Assembly: GCA_965214705.1 (NCBI GenBank)
Contig: OZ243972.1
Location: forward strand, 3,712,001-3,776,000
Length of the DNA: 64,000 nucleotides
Origin: Alphaproteobacteria bacterium
GTDB lineage: Bacteria > Pseudomonadota > Alphaproteobacteria > UBA828
Direction of reading: 5' to 3'
Shown here piece after piece: positions 59,873 through 64,000 of the stretch (position 1 is its first letter; each line of letters opens with the position of its first letter). The position numbers were made by a program, and so were the translations under genes. The notes under the pieces are model-generated. The model was not told the origin of the DNA. It worked only from the letters and a program-made list of their open reading frames with translations, and searched no databases.

Positions 59873-59990
59873 TTCCCTCAGTCGGCGGGCGCTCGCATCA
59901 CGCGCCCGCGCGCGTGTGGCCGCGCGACACTCGCTTGCCTACGCGCTTACGCGCGCGGCGCAGTCGCGCCGACCGGGCCTGCGGCCCGGC
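59873..59990. repeat. REP-like GC-rich intergenic repeat, copy 2
   Basis: Matches 4436-4525 with an extra internal palindromic insert. Confidence 0.75.
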
Positions 59991-60029
59991 ATGGCGGAGG
60001 GGGACAGCGGGAGGTGGAGCTCCGAAGGA

Positions 60030-61139
60030 TCAGCCGAGGCGTTCGTCGATCAGCCGGTTCACCTCGGTGGCAGCTTCCATCTGGACCATGTGGCCCTGGC
60101 CCTCCATCACCGTGCAGTCCACGCCGTCCGGCAGGCCGTCGGCGTGGGAGGCGGGGATGATCTGGTCGCCCGCGCCCCAGATGACCAGCGTGGGCACGCT
60201 GCCCGCCACGTCGCGCATCGCCTCGGCCTGGGCGCCGCCCGGTGCGAAGGCATCACGGACGGTGCTGAGCGCGGCAGTGACCCCGTCGATCCGCTTGAAG
60301 GCGAGCAGGTCGTTGATGAGCTGGCGGGTCACCAGCGCCGGATCACTGAACAGCTTCTCGACGTGGGGCTTGAGGTCCTTCCGGCGCTCGGCCGAGATGA
60401 AGCCCTCCAGATAGTCCCCGTCGATATCGGAACCCAGGCCGGCGCTGCCGATCACGGTGATCGACGCCACCCTCCCCGGTGCCGCACGGGCCACGGCAAG
60501 CGCGATGGCGCCGCCCATGGAGTGGCCCACGAGATGGGCGGACTCAATCTCCAGGGCGTCGGCGAAGCCGGTGACGATATCGGCGAAGAAGCCGATGGAG
60601 CCGTCGCCCACGTCCTTGCTGGAGCTGCCGTGCCCTGGAAGGTCGAGGGCGTGGACAACCCGCTTTGCCGCGAGCGCCTCGTGGTTGAACAGCCAGTTGT
60701 TGAGATCGCCGCCGAAACCGTGGATCAGGATGACCGGCGTGCCGCCTTCGCCCCGCGTGAGGTAGCGAATCGTGCGCCCAGCGATTTCCACAGACTCGGT
60801 CGCCGGTCCGCCGTCCTCATCGTCGTCCTCGGGCGGCACGAAGTTGGCCTGAAAGTCGGTGACGAAGGCGTCGATATCGGCGTCGGCGACGCTCTCGTCG
60901 GCGACGATGCCGAGCAGGCCGCCGACCGGCAGCACGTCGCCCTCCTGGGCGACGCAACGGCGGAGCGTGCCCGCGTCCGCCGCCTCGACCGCGCTGGAGA
61001 TCTTCTCGGTCTCGATGTCGATGATCTCATCGCCCGGCGTGATCGAATCGCCCTCATCCACAAGCCATCCGGCCACCTTCCCCTCCTTCATGGAGAGGCC
61101 CCATTTGGGCATGCAAACGGTGCGGATGCCTTCGCTCAT
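60030..61139 (-). CDS. acoC: Acetoin dehydrogenase E2-like subunit (lipoyl + alpha/beta hydrolase)
   Basis: MPKWGLSM.EG, IETEK lipoyl site, IHGFGGD, GHSMGG, GHM. Confidence 0.88.
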   Translation of the reverse strand: MSEGIRTVCMPKWGLSMKEGKVAGWLVDEGDSITPGDEIIDIETEKISSAVEAADAGTLRRCVAQEGDVLPVGGLLGIVADESVADADIDAFVTDFQANFVPPEDDDEDGGPATESVEIAGRTIRYLTRGEGGTPVILIHGFGGDLNNWLFNHEALAAKRVVHALDLPGHGSSSKDVGDGSIGFFADIVTGFADALEIESAHLVGHSMGGAIALAVARAAPGRVASITVIGSAGLGSDIDGDYLEGFISAERRKDLKPHVEKLFSDPALVTRQLINDLLAFKRIDGVTAALSTVRDAFAPGGAQAEAMRDVAGSVPTLVIWGAGDQIIPASHADGLPDGVDCTVMEGQGHMVQMEAATEVNRLIDERLG

Positions 61140-62149
61140 TTGCTGGACTCCATCACCGCCTTCACGGCCTTCTGCACCGCCGCGGCGTCGGGGATGTAGA
61201 GATCCTCGAGCGTATCCGAGAACGGCACGGGGGTGTGCGGTGCGGTCACCTGCTTGATCGGCCCCTTGAGGGAATCGAAGGCCTTCTCGCAGACCATCGC
61301 CGCGATATCGGTGGCCATGTTGCAGCGCGGGTGTGCCTCGTCCAGCACCACCAGCCTTCCGGTGTTCTCCACCGTCTCGATCACGGTGTCCTCGTCGAGC
61401 GGCGAGGTCGTGCGCAGGTCGACGATCTCGCACTCGATGCCGTCGTTGGCGAGCGCACTCGCCGCCTCAGCCGCGACATGAACCATACGGCCCAGCGTCA
61501 CGATCGAGACGTCATCGCCCTCGCGCACGATGTTGGCTTCGCCGAAGGGGAGCGCATAGGGCTCCTCCGGCACGTCGCCTTCAAGGGTGTAGAGCCCCTT
61601 GTGCTCGCAGAAGATCACCGGGTCGTTGTCGCGGATCGCCTGGATCAGCAGCCCCTTGGCATCGTAGGGCGTCGCCGGGGTCACGACCTTGAGCCCGGGG
61701 ATGTGGGTGAACACCGGATAGAGGCACTGCGAGTGCTGGGCGGCAGCGCGCAGCCCGGCGCCGTACATGGTGCGGATCACCACCGGCGTCTCGGCCTTGC
61801 CGCCGAACATGTAGCGGAACTTCGCCGCCTGGTTGAAGATCTGGTCGAAGCAGACGCCCATGAAGTCGATGAACATCAACTCCGCCACCGGGCGGAGGCC
61901 CGCGGTCGCCGCGCCCACGGCGGCGCCGATGAACGCGGATTCGCTGATCGGGGTGTCCATCACCCGATCGCCGTACTTGCCGTAAAGCCCCTTGGTGATG
62001 CCGAGCGGGCCGCCCCAGGCGTCGCGCTCGCCGTCGGTGCCGAGCCCGCCGGCCACGTCCTCGCCCATGACGACGACGGTCTCGTCGCGCTCCATCTCCT
62101 GCGCGAGGGCTTCGTTGATCGCCTGCTGGTAGGTCGCTGTGCGTGCCAT
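61136..62149 (-). CDS. acoB: Acetoin dehydrogenase E1 beta subunit
   Basis: MGEDV, DTPISE, AELMFIDF, AAAQHSQ, DLRT. Confidence 0.88.
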   Translation of the reverse strand: MARTATYQQAINEALAQEMERDETVVVMGEDVAGGLGTDGERDAWGGPLGITKGLYGKYGDRVMDTPISESAFIGAAVGAATAGLRPVAELMFIDFMGVCFDQIFNQAAKFRYMFGGKAETPVVIRTMYGAGLRAAAQHSQCLYPVFTHIPGLKVVTPATPYDAKGLLIQAIRDNDPVIFCEHKGLYTLEGDVPEEPYALPFGEANIVREGDDVSIVTLGRMVHVAAEAASALANDGIECEIVDLRTTSPLDEDTVIETVENTGRLVVLDEAHPRCNMATDIAAMVCEKAFDSLKGPIKQVTAPHTPVPFSDTLEDLYIPDAAAVQKAVKAVMESSK

Positions 62150-62164
62150 GACTCTCTCCCTCGC

Positions 62165-63133
62165 TCAGTAGGATACGTAGACGTCGGTCAGAAGATCGGC
62201 GGCGGTCGGCGGCGGTGCCACCTTGGCCTTGGCGACCGCGCCATCGATCTGGGCTTCGGCCTCGCCGTCGATCGCGTCGAGATCGGCGGCATCGAGCAGG
62301 CCGGCTTCAGTCACCCTGCTGCGGAACATGGCGAGACAGTCGCGCGATTCGCGCAGCTTCTTGACCTCGTCGGGTCCGCGGTAGGTCTGCGCATCGCCCT
62401 CGAAGTGCCCGTAGTAGCGGTTGAGCTTGCATTCCAGCAGGCTCGGGCCGCCACCCTCGCGGGCGCGCTTGATGGCCTCGCCGGCGGCCTCGTAGACCGC
62501 GAAGAAGTCGTGCCCGTCGATCACGACGCCCGGCATGTTGAAGCCGCTGGCGCGGTCGGCGGCGTCGTCGCAGGCGATCGACCACTTGGACGAGGTCGAT
62601 TCCGCGTAGCCGTTGTTCTCGATCACGAAGATGCAGGGCAGGTTCCAGACCGAGGCCAAGTTGAGGCTCTCGAAGGTGGTGCCCTGGTTGGAGCCGCCGT
62701 CGCCCACGAAGGCGATGGCGACGCCGCCGGTGCCGAGCTGCTTTGCGGCCAAGCCGGCGCCGCAGATCAGCGGCGGGCCGCCGCCCACGATGCCGTTCGC
62801 GCCCATCATGCCCTTGTCGAGATCGGCGATGTGCATGGAGCCGCCCTTGCCGGCGCAGAGGCCGTCCTTACGGCCGTAGATCTCCGCCATCATGCCGTCC
62901 ACGTCGCATCCCTTGGCGATGCAGTGGCCGTGGCCGCGGTGGGTGCTGGCGATGCGGTCGCGATCGTCGAGGTGCATGCACACGCCGACGCCGCTCGCCT
63001 CTTCGCCGGCATAGAGGTGCACGAAACCCGGAATCTCGCCGGTCGCGAACTCGATGTGAAGGCGTTCCTCGAACTCGCGAATCGTGCGCATGGTTGTGTA
63101 AGCCTTCAACAATTCGTCTCTGCTGAGCTGCAT
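62165..63133 (-). CDS. acoA: Acetoin dehydrogenase E1 alpha subunit
   Basis: IPGFVHLYAGEEA, STHRGHGH, GKGGSMH, GDG...ENN ThDP motif, GHFEGD. Confidence 0.9.
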   Translation of the reverse strand: MQLSRDELLKAYTTMRTIREFEERLHIEFATGEIPGFVHLYAGEEASGVGVCMHLDDRDRIASTHRGHGHCIAKGCDVDGMMAEIYGRKDGLCAGKGGSMHIADLDKGMMGANGIVGGGPPLICGAGLAAKQLGTGGVAIAFVGDGGSNQGTTFESLNLASVWNLPCIFVIENNGYAESTSSKWSIACDDAADRASGFNMPGVVIDGHDFFAVYEAAGEAIKRAREGGGPSLLECKLNRYYGHFEGDAQTYRGPDEVKKLRESRDCLAMFRSRVTEAGLLDAADLDAIDGEAEAQIDGAVAKAKVAPPPTAADLLTDVYVSY

Positions 63134-63172
63134 ACCAGTGGCTCCCCTTTGCCTGCGTGGTGGCGTTCGGCC

Positions 63173-64000
<828 letters not shown>

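Noticed and set aside
60030-63133. Lipoyl-hydrolase fusion as a novelty
   Set aside because: This is the known AcoC architecture of acetoin dehydrogenase operons.

Overview
High-GC bacterial DNA, with core genes most like an alphaproteobacterium (inference from gene content only). The flanks (1-11.6 kb and 45.7-64 kb) are catabolic or housekeeping: two tandem HpcH/HpaI aldolases, a TbpB-like lipoprotein, a cysteine hydrolase, three hydantoinase/oxoprolinase loci (one with an acetone-carboxylase gamma-like gene), cytochrome c', a PhyH dioxygenase, BKACE, DUF1285-nudL-DUF6111-cca, a polyamine-type SBP with a GntR regulator, CMD, an LLM oxidoreductase, acoABC and TA modules or remnants. The centre (about 11.64-45.69 kb) is an accessory island bounded by a broken tyrosine integrase and an IS5. 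It carries a divergent pair of operons: tlpA-DUF4266-DUF3570-apbE (flavinylation/redox) and a type II secretion cluster (gspC-like, D, O, E, F, G, H, I, J, K, L, M). The secretion cluster ends tail-to-tail with a Tat-exported DUF1501 gene and a ~1,740-aa modular CxxCH-containing secreted protein, and a second, truncated DUF1501 paralog mirrors this on the left side. This module is my best candidate for an undescribed secreted heme/flavin redox system. It appears to be decaying: gspE, gspF and gspM are each cleanly interrupted by a different IS, and the large protein is out of frame at a G8 tract. All family calls come from reading translations and motifs by eye; no database searches were run. 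I saw no tRNA, rRNA or CRISPR array.
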